Shown here piece by piece: positions 42,551-53,635 of a stretch of DNA of 64,000 nucleotides. Location: positions 2,471,192-2,535,191 of the forward strand of contig OZ244053.1 in the NCBI GenBank assembly GCA_965215235.1, in the 5' to 3' direction. The position numbers were made by a program, and so were the translations under genes. The DNA comes from Terriglobia bacterium (GTDB taxonomy: Bacteria > Acidobacteriota > Terriglobia > Versatilivoradales > Versatilivoraceae). Positions within the stretch are counted from its first letter, which is position 1; the number at the start of each line of letters is the position of its first letter. Under the pieces are notes generated by a model that searched no databases, was not told the origin of the DNA, and worked only from the letters and a program-made list of their open reading frames with translations.

Positions 42551-43378
42551 ATGGAAAAGTACCGCTACGCTGAGATGATCTGGTATGAAATTCGAGAGGC
42601 GGCAAAACAAGATCGGGTGGCGGTGCTGCCGGTCGCCACCTATGAGGATCATGGGCCTCACTTACCGGTCGACGTGGATGTCAGGCTTTGCACCGAGATT
42701 TGTGAGCGGGCCGTTGAGCGCATCCCTTCCGAGGCCATCCTGATTCCGGCAGTGGCTCATGGCTACAGCCCCCATCACATGGATTTCCATGGCACCATCA
42801 CCATTGCCTGGGATACCTTCATCCAGTATGTCAAAGATGTTTGCTGCAGTCTGGCCTACCATGGCTTCAAACGCATTTTGGTCGTCAACGGCCATGGGAG
42901 CAACACCTCGCCGCTGGACTTGTCAGCCCGCTTGTCCAACATAGAGTACGGGGGGAAAATCCTGTGCGCCACGGTGAACCACTGGGGTCTCCGTAAAGTG
43001 AGAGAAGTGGGTGCGGCCCTGCGGGAGTCGGACTATGGCGGCGCCTCTCATGCAGGAGAATACGAGACCGCTCTCTATCTGGCCTTGAAACCGGAACTGG
43101 TCGATATGGCCAAGGCCCTGGATGAAAGGTCTCCACTGCCCCCCAGTTTTCAGAGCGACCTGCTGGCTGGAAGCCATCCGAACGGGTCCGTTGCCCGTCT
43201 GGTCCCCTACTGGAGCTCGCAGAGCGCCAGCGGAATCAAGGGGGATGCCACCAAAGCGACCGCGGAAAAAGGAAAACAGTTTCTGCAAGCGGCCATTGAA
43301 GGGCTGATCGAATTGATCGGGGAACTGAGGGCCACTGAGATCCTCCCGCGCCGCGACCAGCATGAACCTTCCCGTTGA
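42551..43378 (+). CDS. Creatininase (creatinine amidohydrolase) family protein
   Basis: 'VAVLPVATYEDHGPHLPVDVDV' and 'ILVVNGHGSN' motifs. Confidence 0.75.
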   Translation: MEKYRYAEMIWYEIREAAKQDRVAVLPVATYEDHGPHLPVDVDVRLCTEICERAVERIPSEAILIPAVAHGYSPHHMDFHGTITIAWDTFIQYVKDVCCSLAYHGFKRILVVNGHGSNTSPLDLSARLSNIEYGGKILCATVNHWGLRKVREVGAALRESDYGGASHAGEYETALYLALKPELVDMAKALDERSPLPPSFQSDLLAGSHPNGSVARLVPYWSSQSASGIKGDATKATAEKGKQFLQAAIEGLIELIGELRATEILPRRDQHEPSR

Positions 43379-43431
43379 AGTTTCCAGGTTGCAACGGCTG
43401 CTCAACGGTTTCCTGGGCTGAAATTCACCCG

Positions 43432-46250
43432 CTATTTCTTGCGGACGTCGATATGCACGGCCTCCAGCACGGGAGTGCTGCCGCCGTTGGGGGTGGTGAG
43501 CGTGGCTCGATATTGAAGCCAGCGGTGGCTCTTGGGCAGGTCGAAGGCGGCTCCGGAATCCTTGAAGTGGTCGCCCGTTCCCTTGGGTCCTGTCCATGGG
43601 GCTTCTTCCAGGGCCGAGTTGCTTTCAGCGCTGCGCACTTGCAGCAGGACCCCGGTTCCGTGGGGAGTGCTGGCATCCCAACGAAGGCGGCCGGGCTCTT
43701 GGCTCGCCGGAATTTGGATGGGGGCCGAAAGGTAGGTTTCGCGCAGCTTGCGGTCATAGATGTTCCCCACATCTTTTCGCGGGCCGAAGTGAGGGCCAAA
43801 AGTCTGGATCCAATGACGCCGAGCCGAAGAGTAGCCCTCGGGACCACCCCAGTAGATGTTGCTGCCGGCGCCGTGATCGCCCCGGTCGAGGTGGTTGAAG
43901 ACCACAATATCGAACCAAGTGTCCTGGTTGAGGTCAGCCACCGTCAGGGCACCCGACGATTCGGCTGGCAGGTTGCTGCGACGAGCTTCGCTGTAGGTTC
44001 CCTCCGAAGAGCCCCAGTAGATGAAGGCAGGAATGCTGCGGGTGAAATAGGCATGATAGTTGCTCATGACAATGTCCAGGAAGCCGTCCTGGTTGAGGTC
44101 GGCCACCGCGTGTTCCAAGGGATCGTAGGCTTCCAGGCGTAAGATCTTCTGCTCGGAATAGCCTTGCCGGCTTCCCCACAAGATCGACACATGACGAGTT
44201 GGGCGGCCAAAGTTCTTGGAATCCCAGCCGCCTCCCACGATCAGGTCCAACCAGCCGTCGGCATTCAAGTCTGCAACCTCCACGGTGGAAGAGGGTTGGA
44301 CCTGGAGAGAAGTGTAGTGCCGCGAACTGAACGCTCCTTGGGCCGTCCCCCAAAAAAGGTCCACCTGATCGCCGTCCACGTCGCAGAAAATCAGATCGAG
44401 GAAGCCGTCCTTGTTCAAGTCCGCAATGGTGGGGCTTTGGCTGATGAGGGTATTGAGTTTCAGTTCGCTTCGCCGTGACCATTGGTAGCCCGTTTCATCT
44501 CCCCAGAGGATAAAGCCCGTCGGCTTCAAATCGGTGCTATAGGCCGTGCCGGCAGCAACGACCAGGTCCAGGTAGCCATCCCGATTCAAGTCGGCAGTCG
44601 CTGCGCCATATCCCAAGGGGATGGACAAATCCTGCCTGTGACCCCGGCTGTAACCCTGGTGGCCTCCCCAGTAGATCGGGCCATTGGGAAAGGCCACGTC
44701 TGCCCAACTGTCGTGGTTCAGGTCGGCGATGGCCGGCGCGGACATGGAATCGGGGAGGGTCGACAGGGCTGCCGGGGAGTAGTGATGATAGGGGTTGCCC
44801 CAGTAGATGAGGGAGTTGAGAGATTCCCGGCTTCCGGTGTTGCGGTTAATGAGAACCAGATCGGCATTGCCGTCGTGGTCCAGATCGTCGGCTTGCAGGC
44901 TGACGGCGCCAAAACCCTGGAGTTCCAGACGATGGGCGGCGTCGAAGCCGCTGGGACTGTTCCAATAGATATAGGAGTTGACGTCAAAGGTGTGGTCATC
45001 GTGCTCGTTGGCGAATGCCAGGTCAACCCAGCCGTCTCCATTGAAGTCCTGGTAGGCGGAGGCCGTCGCGTGCAGGGTGGGAAGCTTTAGCATTGCCTGG
45101 GTTGACGGACCCGTTCGGCTCCCCCAATAGAGATAAGAGAACTTTCCTTTCTGGTTGGGAAAGACCAGGTCGGCGAATCCGTCCTGGTTGAAATCCGTCA
45201 CACTGGAGGTTGCTGCGCCCTGGGTCGGTAATTCACGCCATGGCCTTTCCTCAAAACCTTCCGGGGTTCCTCGTCGGATCTCTGCTCGGTTGTCCCGGTG
45301 CGTCACAACCAGATCGAGGACCCCATCCCCATTCAAGTCAGCCAGTTCCGCACCCTGCAAGTCTCCCCAGCGGTGGATTTGGCGTCGGGCCTCTGAAAAC
45401 CCGCTTGCGCCCCCCCAATAGAGATAGAGACTTTTTTCCTTGGGGTTATTGTTGAGGAAAAGCAATTCAGGGTAGCCATCCCCATTCAGGTCACCCGCTT
45501 CGCAGTCAACGGCGCTGATGCTGGCGATAGAGCTTCGATGCCTAGGGCTGAAGCCGGTCGGGCCCCGTTCCAGTAGATGTAAGATTCCAGGTGCTGGGCG
45601 TGCCCATGACGCTCACCACCTTCAGTGCCGTTGTTGGCGAATGCCAGATCCAGGTAGCCATCCTGGTTGAAATCGGCAGCTTCCAGGTCGGAGGCCATCA
45701 GAGTCGGCAACTCCGTTCGCCGGTCGGCCCGATATCCCTCCGGGCTTCCCCAATAGATCAAGGCCTTCATGTAAACAGAGTAATTGTGGATGAAGTTGCA
45801 GAAGACGATCTCCAGATAGCCGTCCCCGTTGAGGTCGACCAGGAGAGAGCGGCCCCCTCCATCGCTGGGCAGGCGAGTCACCGCGTTCCGCCGGGAGCGA
45901 ATTTCCCGGAGCAGCTTGCCCAGCGGCTGCTGGTCGGGAAGCGGAGGCAGAATCGACCGCGGTCCCTGTTGGGTGCCCCAGTAGATCAGAAGATCTTCGT
46001 TTTCCAATTGGTTGTGGTCCTGGGCCACGAAGAGGTCGAGGTAGCCATCGTTGTTCAGATCCAGGGTGTGAATCATGCGTACGGATCCCGAACGGGTGAC
46101 GTAGATATTGGCGCCGCCGTCTCCCAAAGTGCCGGAAGAGAAGTCTGCGAAGTCGGTATGGTGCAACCAGGGCTCGTGTGGATCATTCCCGGATGACCAA
46201 CCGGGCCAACAGAGGCACATCGCAATTGCAAAGCTCAGCCTGGATCTCAT
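43432..46250 (-). CDS. Secreted FG-GAP/VCBS repeat protein (ASPIC/UnbV-like), about 940 aa; apparent 1-bp deletion at about 45562
   Basis: Repeated 'DLN.DG..DL' FG-GAP calcium-binding motifs in both ORFs (45486-46250 and 43432-45465). Signal peptide at the upstream ORF. Adding one G in 'GGGGCCC' joins the frames. Confidence 0.75.
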
Positions 46251-46492
46251 GGGTTAACCTCTCTTTGAATTCCGCTTGAACTCAAGTTGGGAAGGATGCT
46301 AAGGCATTTACTGGAAGTGGGTCAAGAGGTTCAATATTCAGTAATGGCCCCCGCCGACTTAATTGCGAGGTTCCTTTACAAAGAATCTTAAACGTGAGAA
46401 AAATGCTATCCGTCGAGTGACCCTGGCCCGTGACTCGGGTTGTCTTCAGGCGTGGGCGCCGACTCGACCATTGAAAGACCGAGGATCTGAAC

Positions 46493-48118
46493 ATGACGAT
46501 TGCAGAACTGATTATGGAGGACGCGCGAACCCGCAACGTGCGCCATTTCTTTGGTATTCCCGGTGGGGGTTGTCCGTTGGACTTGATGGAGGCCGGCCGG
46601 AAGCTGGGGGTGGACTTCATCAGTGTGAACCACGAGTCTTCAGCCGCCATCATGGCGGCCTATTACGGCTTGATGAAGGATACGGCCGGTCTGGCTTTGA
46701 CCATTCGAGGCGTGGGAGCGGCCAATCTCGTCGGCGGGGCCGCCAACGTTCACTTTGAAAGAGCGCCCATGGTGGCGGTTTGCGAGACCTGTCCCCCTTC
46801 CGTCGCCGACTATCAGATGGTCCAGCACTGTGACCAGTTGAGCCTCTTCAGCGGCATCGAGCGCTACCGGCAGACGCTCTCGGTGGAGAACGCCCCGGCG
46901 GCGGTTCAAGAGGCCACCTTTTATGCCACCGAAGGTCGTCCGGGACCGGCCCTCCTCAACTTCCCCGCCGACCTGGGCAAGGCGGTGTGCGGTCCGCCCC
47001 TTTCACCCAAGGCCCACTGCGTCTCCCCTCCGGCGCCGGAGAACGAAGTGGCCGCCTGCAGAGAAGTTCTCTCGAAGTGGCGTAAGCCGGTGGTCATTGC
47101 CGGGGCCGATGTGGTGCGGGACGACGCCACCAGGGAGTTGCTCTCCCTAGTCGAGAATTTGGGGGCCGCGGTTCTGGTGACCATGGAAGCTCGCGGGGTT
47201 TTCCCCGAATCTCATGACCGCTGGGCCGGCGTCTTCGTTGGAATGTATACTCCCGGCGTGATTGAGTCGAATGTCTTTGAGAAAGGCGATGGAGTGCTGC
47301 TGGTGGGTGCGGATGCCCTCATGACCCACGGACCCTGGAAATGCGAACTGCCCACGGCGGAAGTCCTCAGCCGCCCGGAGTATCGAGCCCTTTCTCAGCA
47401 ACCCTCGGTCCGAGTCAACGGTAACCTCAAGACCGTGCTGCCGGCTCTGGCGCCTCAAGCCAGGTCCGGATTTGGCAGCGAAGAGGTCCGGACGCTGCGC
47501 CGAGAGGTGTTACCGTTCTTCAAGCGACCCGGCCCTGCGCGGTTTGCCGCACAGGATATCATTGAGATTGCCCGGAAAGTGCTGCCCCCGGATGGGATTC
47601 TCGTTTCAGAAACCGGTGTCTTCGTCTGTATGCTGGAACACCTTTGGCCGGTGGATCAGCCGGGTACCTACTATGGGACCTCGGGAGGGCGGACGATGGG
47701 GCTGACCCTTCCTGCGATCTGCGGCGCGCGCCTGGCCGAACCGGAAAGGCCTATGATTGGACTGGGAGCAGACGGCAGTCTGCTGATGCGTCTGGGTGAG
47801 TTGGAAGTGCTGGCGCGCACGGGGTGCGCTGTGCCGCTGGTGGTGGTCAATGATCAGGCTCTGGGGACGATGAAGGCCAGGCAGAAACTGCGCAGGATGC
47901 CTCCTTACGCGCTTGATCTGCATCCGGTGCGCTTCGAGGATATAGCCCGGGCTTGCGGACTGAGGGCGGCCACCGTGGACAACCCGGAAGACTTTGAGCG
48001 CGAGCTGGTCGCTGCCATGACCGCCGACCGATGCACGGTGATCGACGCCAGGGTAGACCCGGAGATCTACCAGGATAGTTTTGGCCGTACCGTGGGGATG
48101 CCTCAATCGCGGGGGTGA
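46493..48118 (+). CDS. Thiamine pyrophosphate-dependent enzyme (acetolactate synthase/benzoylformate decarboxylase family)
   Basis: N-terminal TPP-pyrimidine binding 'RHFFGIPGGG', central domain, and C-terminal 'GLGADGS...' TPP-binding motif. Confidence 0.8.
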   Translation: MTIAELIMEDARTRNVRHFFGIPGGGCPLDLMEAGRKLGVDFISVNHESSAAIMAAYYGLMKDTAGLALTIRGVGAANLVGGAANVHFERAPMVAVCETCPPSVADYQMVQHCDQLSLFSGIERYRQTLSVENAPAAVQEATFYATEGRPGPALLNFPADLGKAVCGPPLSPKAHCVSPPAPENEVAACREVLSKWRKPVVIAGADVVRDDATRELLSLVENLGAAVLVTMEARGVFPESHDRWAGVFVGMYTPGVIESNVFEKGDGVLLVGADALMTHGPWKCELPTAEVLSRPEYRALSQQPSVRVNGNLKTVLPALAPQARSGFGSEEVRTLRREVLPFFKRPGPARFAAQDIIEIARKVLPPDGILVSETGVFVCMLEHLWPVDQPGTYYGTSGGRTMGLTLPAICGARLAEPERPMIGLGADGSLLMRLGELEVLARTGCAVPLVVVNDQALGTMKARQKLRRMPPYALDLHPVRFEDIARACGLRAATVDNPEDFERELVAAMTADRCTVIDARVDPEIYQDSFGRTVGMPQSRG

Positions 48119-48125
48119 AGAATAC

Positions 48126-48851
48126 ATGCCTCGACCATCAGCCTCTTTCCAAGCACTTTCGCCCCACAACATTCGATTTCGTCCGGAGTTCCTGGATTTT
48201 CGTCGGGGGATTCGGGTGGGAAATCTGGGTGACGACGAGCGAATCACCCGCATTCTGAAGCTGGCTCTGGAGTCGAGATACCAACAGTCCTTTGTCACCG
48301 AACGTTGGGGGCGAGGCGTCTACTGGCAGTGGATCGGCTACCTGGCCAAAGCCAATCGGGCGGCAAAGCCGATGTCCTCGAAAGTGAGTTTTGGGTGCTC
48401 GAAGTTCTTCCTCATGATCGATAAGGAGGAACAGCTCTTCAAGTGTGGCCTGCAAGTGGAGCGCGGCTTCCTGAAGGCTCCTGCCGGCGAGGATCGATTC
48501 ACGCTGAGGGACGACTGGGATTGGTGCCGACTGCTGCAAGCGCTCGAGCCAAAGGGGCCTATGGAGAAGGAGTTGAAGCGATTGGTGACCCGTGAGGGCT
48601 TCTGGCTGCAAGCGGGTAGTTGGCACTCCGAAGTGTTCCGCTTCTCCAAAACGACCCTTCCCACCACGTCCCAATTGCGCCGCAGGCTGGAGAAATTTCC
48701 GGAAAGTAGCTGGGCCGGCTTCATGCTCTATTTCCCCATGAACGAAGAAGCCGTGCAGCGCACTTCCGGAAGAGACCTGGTCGAGTCCATGCTGGCCATT
48801 TTCGAGGAAGTCACTCCAGCCATGAGGCTCTGTACCCAGACCCGGCTGTGA
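48126..48851 (+). CDS. Hypothetical protein (241 aa)
   Basis: ORF with ATG at 48126 just after the TPP-enzyme stop. No family recognised. Confidence 0.4.
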   Translation: MPRPSASFQALSPHNIRFRPEFLDFRRGIRVGNLGDDERITRILKLALESRYQQSFVTERWGRGVYWQWIGYLAKANRAAKPMSSKVSFGCSKFFLMIDKEEQLFKCGLQVERGFLKAPAGEDRFTLRDDWDWCRLLQALEPKGPMEKELKRLVTREGFWLQAGSWHSEVFRFSKTTLPTTSQLRRRLEKFPESSWAGFMLYFPMNEEAVQRTSGRDLVESMLAIFEEVTPAMRLCTQTRL

Positions 48852-49037
48852 TGCCGGTCATTGGAGGGGGCCACCGTCCTGACTCCGGCAACTGCTTAAC
48901 CCCGGTGGAGCCCTGTGCTAAGCTCTCCGGCGACCCTTCAAGGCTGGACCCGGAACCAAGGGTGGGAGATGTTTTGCTCACGGGGCAGCTCTGCAGGCGC
49001 ATCGTTAACTTTGCAGTCCAAGGCCAAAGAGGAATCC

Positions 49038-49544
49038 ATGCAAACTCCCATCGATTCGTCTCAGTTTCGCAAGATCATGTCGCGCTTCGTGACCGGGATC
49101 ACAGTGGTCACGACCAGATTGGGTCATGAAATCCATGGTCTGACCTGCAATGCCTTTTGCTCGATCTCACTGAACCCTTGCACGGTAATGGTGAGTGTGG
49201 CCAAGGACGCCCGCTCCTGGCCGCTCATTGACAGGAGTCGGCTTTTTGCCGTCAACGTTTTGAGCGAGGGCCAGACCCACCTATCCGATCGCTTTGCCGG
49301 GCGGCACCGGGACAAGGACGACAACCGTTTTGAGGGTATCGAGTGGACCACGGCGGCGACCGGGGCTCCTATCTTGTGCGGGACCCAGGGTTATCTGGAC
49401 TGCCGGGTGACCCGGGCTTACGACGGCGAAAGCCACACTCTTTTTCTGGGGGAAGTCGTTGCCCTGGAACTCGACGACACCCGGCCCCCTCTGGTCTTCT
49501 ACCAGTCCCGTTACATGGGAGTGGACAGCCTTAAAGCGCTCTGA
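49038..49544 (+). CDS. Flavin reductase-like (NAD(P)H-flavin oxidoreductase) domain protein
   Basis: 'FRKIMSRFVTGITVVTT...GLTCNAFCSISLNPCTVMVSV' is the canonical flavin reductase-like fold. AGAGG lies upstream of the ATG. Confidence 0.75.
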   Translation: MQTPIDSSQFRKIMSRFVTGITVVTTRLGHEIHGLTCNAFCSISLNPCTVMVSVAKDARSWPLIDRSRLFAVNVLSEGQTHLSDRFAGRHRDKDDNRFEGIEWTTAATGAPILCGTQGYLDCRVTRAYDGESHTLFLGEVVALELDDTRPPLVFYQSRYMGVDSLKAL

Positions 49545-49577
49545 GGCTGATGCCCGATCGGACTTTGAGGTATTTCA

Positions 49578-49650
49578 ACAGGGATAGACAGGATGAACAG
49601 GATGAGCAAGATTTTTTTATCCTGAATATCCTGTTCGTCCCTGTTTAAAA
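49578..49650. terminator. Long imperfect hairpin (about 18-bp arms 'AACAGGGATAGACAGGAT' / 'ATCCTGTTCGTCCCTGTT') with T7 loop, between convergent genes
   Basis: Read directly. Lies 3' of the flavin reductase gene (+) and 3' of higA (-). Confidence 0.4.
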
Positions 49651-49852
49651 AGAAGGGCGGCAACCCCATCTGCCCGAAGGTAGATGCTCCAGTTCTGTGG
49701 CGGAAACAAACATCTCAGGCTGGGTGGTGAATGATTTTTGCATTATGTATCCTGACCTATGAGCCGTAGTGATGCAGAGATCTCCGAAGGATAGTTTGTT
49801 GCAGGCGGACGGAAGCGGAAGGCGAGGCGCCCGTTGGCTTCATCCGTTCCGG

Positions 49853-50146
49853 CTATGCGAATTCAAGCGCTTTGAAAGCACTGAGATCGACCTCTTGCCT
49901 CGCCGCCCATAAATCATAGTTATCTTGCATCGAAAGCCAGCTCTCCGGGGACCGGCCAACGACTTTGGACAGCTTCAGCGCCATCGTTGGCGTTACACTG
50001 CCCTTGCCGTTGATAATTCGGCTCATCACGGATTCACTGACCTGCAACTTGTTGGCCAGTTCTTTTGCGCCGATGTCAAAGGGTTCCAGGTAAACCCGCT
50101 TAATAAACGCCTCTGGATGCATGGGGTTATGTTGCTGAATGCTCAT
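49853..50146 (-). CDS. higA: HigA-family HTH (XRE) antitoxin
   Basis: 'VYLEPFDIGAKELANKLQVSESVMSRIINGKGSVTPTMALKLSKVVGRSPESWLSMQ' is the canonical HigA signature. Confidence 0.8.
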   Translation of the reverse strand: MSIQQHNPMHPEAFIKRVYLEPFDIGAKELANKLQVSESVMSRIINGKGSVTPTMALKLSKVVGRSPESWLSMQDNYDLWAARQEVDLSAFKALEFA

Positions 50147-50289
50147 GAGTGATAGTCCTCGTAATTCACAACGTAGGCGTCACCGTCTACAAACTCGAAT
50201 GCGATCCGCCAGTTGCCACTCACATTGACAGCCCACTGTCCTCCCTTGTCACCTTTGAGCGGGTGCAGACGCCAGCCCAGGATATTCAT
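50143..50289 (-). pseudogene. higB: HigB (RelE/ParE-superfamily) toxin remnant: C-terminal 48 codons in frame, N-terminus frameshifted or displaced
   Basis: 'MNILGWRLHPLKGDKGGQWAVNVSGNWRIAFEFVDGDAYVVNYEDYHS' is the HigB C-terminal half. Upstream 'GIEERLQALHTAFSIKEKI' lies in another frame. A family B repeat element abuts at 50381. Confidence 0.65.
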
Positions 50290-50380
50290 ATCTTTTCTTT
50301 GATGCTGAACGCGGTGTGAAGGGCCTGCAATCGTTCCTCAATCCCCGCTTAACCATTGAAAATGAGCGGAACTACAGTTT

Positions 50381-50501
50381 GAGACCTCTGCGTAACTCCT
50401 CGGGTGAGGCGAAATTTGGCAATGCGCTATCGCTATCCTACTGAAAACTCGCCGTTCCTGGATTCCGGCTTTCGCCGGAATAACGGTTATGCAGAGGTCT
50501 C
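50381..50501. repeat. TIR element family B, copy 2 (termini 'GAGACCTCTGCGTAACT' / 'GTTATGCAGAGGTCTC')
   Basis: Same 16-17 bp inverted ends as 843-959. The interior is unrelated. Confidence 0.55.
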
Positions 50502-50589
50502 GAGTTATAAGAAACCGCCCTCTTTCGACTACCAATCGGTGAATCGTTACGGTCCTGCAGAGATGTTTCAGCATGGAGTCCCCTTTCGC

Positions 50590-52263
50590 TCAGAAGAGAC
50601 CCACCACTTGTCCTTCATCATCCAGATCAATCCGGTTGGCGGCGGGTTGCCTGGGTAGGCCCGGCATCGTCAGAATATCTCCACAGATCACCACCAGGAA
50701 TTCGGCTCCGGTGGCCAAGCGAACGTCCTTCACCGGCAGGACGTGCCCCGAGGGCGCGCCCCGCAGCAGCGGGTCGGTGGAAAACGAGTATTGGGTTTTG
50801 GCGATGCAGACCGGATAATGTCCGAATCCTGCATTCTGGTAGCGTCGGATCTTGGCCCGTATTCTGGTGTCTGCGATGACTTCCGAGGCGCCGTAGATCC
50901 TGGTCGCAATCTTGGTGATCTTGTTCCAGAGCGAATCCTGCTCTTCATACACGAATTTGAAGTTGCTCCGGGTGGAGCCGAGGGTCTCGACGGCCGTCTG
51001 AGCCAGTTCCAAGGCTCCCTCACTGCCCCGAGCCCAGTGGTCACAAACCATCACGGGGACCGAGTGATGAGCCATTCGACTCTTGAGGAGTACGATCTCG
51101 TCCGGGGTGTCGTGGGTGAATCGATTGAGCGCCACAATACACGGCAAGCCATAGTGGTTGCGTACGTTGTTCAGGTGTCGCTCCAGATTGGGAATCCCTT
51201 TCTCCAGCGACTCCGGGTCTTCCCGGTGCGAAGCTGTCCTGTCCGCTCCCCCGTGATACTTGAGAGCCCGCAGGCTGGCCACCAATACCACCAGAGCGGG
51301 AGCTATTCCTGCCTTGCGGCATTTGATGTCGACAAATTTCTCTGCGCCCAGGTCGGCTCCGAATCCGGCTTCGGTCACCACGTAGTCGGCCAGTTGCCGT
51401 CCGGCCAGGGTGGCGATCATGGAGTTGCAGCCATGAGCGATATTCGCAAACGGGCCTCCGTGCACCAACGCGAGGTTGTTTTCGAGCGTCTGAACCAGGT
51501 TGGGCTTGATTGCCTCCTTGAGCAGCACCGCCATGGCTCCATGGGCGTCGAGGTCTCTAGCATAGATAGGACTTTTGGAACGGCTGTAACCAACGGTAAT
51601 GTTGCCCAGCCGCTGCTTGAGCTCCGGCAACGAACGGGAGAGGCAGAGAATCGCCATGACTTCGGAGGCCGCGATGATTTCGAAGCCGTCTTCTCTGGGA
51701 TAGCCGTTGCCGATTCCACCCAGGCCTACGGTGATCTTGCGAAGCGCTCGGTCATTGAGGTCCGCGACTCGATTCCAGGTCACTCGACGAAGATCCACAT
51801 CCAAGGCATTTCCCTGATGAATGTGGTTGTCGAGGAGGGCGGCCAGAAGATTGTGGGCCAAGCCCATCGCGTGAAAATCTCCGGTGAAGTGAAGGTTGAT
51901 GTCCTCCATGGGAACGACTTGGGCAAAACCGCCTCCGGCGGCGCCGCCCTTCATGCCGAAGCACGGTCCCAGGGAAGGTTCGCGCAGGCAGATCACCGCC
52001 TTCTTGCCCAGACGATTGAGTGCGTCGCCAAGCCCCACCACGGTAGTGGTCTTGCCCTCTCCGGCCGGGGTTGGAGAAATGGCTGTCACCAGGATGAGCT
52101 TCCCCTTCCCGGGGCTCGACGAGTCCAAGGCGTCGAGCGACAGCTTGGCTTTGTAGTGGCCGTAGGGCTCCAGATGGTCCTCCGGAATCTGAAATTTTTC
52201 CCTGGCCAGATCCACCATTCTTCGCAGACGGGCCCGGCGAGCAATCTCAAGGTCGGTTTTCAA
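50590..52263 (-). CDS. fhs: Formate--tetrahydrofolate ligase
   Basis: '[13 protein letters not shown]', '[19 protein letters not shown]' and overall FTHFS family sequence. Probable TTG start at 52263 with AAGGAGG 8 nt upstream. Confidence 0.9.
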   Translation of the reverse strand: MKTDLEIARRARLRRMVDLAREKFQIPEDHLEPYGHYKAKLSLDALDSSSPGKGKLILVTAISPTPAGEGKTTTVVGLGDALNRLGKKAVICLREPSLGPCFGMKGGAAGGGFAQVVPMEDINLHFTGDFHAMGLAHNLLAALLDNHIHQGNALDVDLRRVTWNRVADLNDRALRKITVGLGGIGNGYPREDGFEIIAASEVMAILCLSRSLPELKQRLGNITVGYSRSKSPIYARDLDAHGAMAVLLKEAIKPNLVQTLENNLALVHGGPFANIAHGCNSMIATLAGRQLADYVVTEAGFGADLGAEKFVDIKCRKAGIAPALVVLVASLRALKYHGGADRTASHREDPESLEKGIPNLERHLNNVRNHYGLPCIVALNRFTHDTPDEIVLLKSRMAHHSVPVMVCDHWARGSEGALELAQTAVETLGSTRSNFKFVYEEQDSLWNKITKIATRIYGASEVIADTRIRAKIRRYQNAGFGHYPVCIAKTQYSFSTDPLLRGAPSGHVLPVKDVRLATGAEFLVVICGDILTMPGLPRQPAANRIDLDDEGQVVGLF

Positions 52264-52506
52264 GGGCGGCTATCCTCCTTTTCAGCGATTCAATGTTGGG
52301 CGGCGTCTTGTTAACGCCGGCATCGCTTGTGGCGCCTGACCGTTGCCGGCTCGGGACTGAAACCAAGCGGCGCCCGTTCTGGCCCAAAGGGCCTGATCGA
52401 GGTCTGCTTCACTTCCGTGACCATGTTTCTGCCGCGGCCCAACCGCACCGTGTCATAATAGCGGAGACTTGGCTGCGGCTTCAATGAACGCTCAGGAGGC
52501 AAGCCT

Positions 52507-53490
52507 GTGCCCACTGTAATGATCTTCACCCAACCGTTGCATGAGCAACCCGGCCCCCACGTGGACCTGCTGCGCGAGGCCGGCTTTACCGTCCGCTATC
52601 CGTCCGAACCGGACCTCTCCGACGAGGACGAAACCGTTCGTGTGCTGCAAGGCGTTTCGGCCACCATCGCCGGCGGAGAACCCTACAACCGGCGGGTGCT
52701 GGCCGGCCTGCCGGATCTGAGAGTGATTTCCCGCTGGGGCGTGGGCGTCGACCGCATCGATCTCGAGGCCGTGACCCGCCACAACGTCGCGGTCGCCATC
52801 ACGCCAACCGCTAACCACGAGGCGGTGGCAGAACATGCGATGGCGTTGCTATTAGCGGTGTCGCGCTTTCTGGTCCAAAGAAACGATCAAATTCATCAGG
52901 GACTATGGGTTCGAAGAGCTTCGCTGCCGCTCCGAGAAAAGACACTGGGGCTGGTTGGCCTGGGGCGCATCGGACGAAGCGTGGCGGTCAGGGCCGGGGC
53001 CTTTCGGATGCGCCTGCTGGCTCATGAGGCGTTTCCGGATCGGGCTTTCGCCCGGAGCCATGGCATCGAACTGGTGGATCTCGACACTCTGTTGGCTCGA
53101 TCGGACTATGTCAGTCTGCATGTCCCTTTGACCGAGGAGACCCGAGGCCTGATCAACCGCCGGACGATCTCGCGCATGAAAAAAGGGGCCTTTCTGATCA
53201 ACACTTCTCGCGGTGGCCTGGTGGTTGAGGAGGACTTGGCGGCTGCTTTGAAGATCGGCCGGTTGGCCGGGGCCGGGCTGGACGTCTTTGACGAGGAACC
53301 CATCCGTCAGGATCATCCCTTACTGCAGTTGGAGAACCTTTTGGCTACCGATCACTCGGCCGGCATCGATACCCGCTCAGTGGAGGCCATGGCCGTCGAA
53401 GCCGCCCGGAACATCGTTGATCTTTATCGAGGCAGGTGGCCGGCAGCCGCGGTCGCCAATTCCGCCGTCCGCAAAACCTGGAAGTGGTGA
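52507..53490 (+). CDS. D-isomer-specific 2-hydroxyacid dehydrogenase (phosphoglycerate dehydrogenase-like)
   Basis: NAD-binding 'LGLVGLGRIGRSVA', catalytic 'NTSRGGLV...' and 'AGLDVFDEEP' motifs. AGGAGG upstream of the GTG at 52507. Confidence 0.8.
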   Translation: MPTVMIFTQPLHEQPGPHVDLLREAGFTVRYPSEPDLSDEDETVRVLQGVSATIAGGEPYNRRVLAGLPDLRVISRWGVGVDRIDLEAVTRHNVAVAITPTANHEAVAEHAMALLLAVSRFLVQRNDQIHQGLWVRRASLPLREKTLGLVGLGRIGRSVAVRAGAFRMRLLAHEAFPDRAFARSHGIELVDLDTLLARSDYVSLHVPLTEETRGLINRRTISRMKKGAFLINTSRGGLVVEEDLAAALKIGRLAGAGLDVFDEEPIRQDHPLLQLENLLATDHSAGIDTRSVEAMAVEAARNIVDLYRGRWPAAAVANSAVRKTWKW

Positions 53491-53635
53491 GACCCGATTG
53501 CAGGCTCAGGCTGGGGGGCGTCCCGATCCCGATTCCACCCACTTCAGTAACACCGGATCCTTGACCGTTCCCTGCCGTGAGCAGGGACGGCCGGACAGGG
53601 TTCGGAGGATCGGTTCCTTCCAAGACCAGCCAGGT

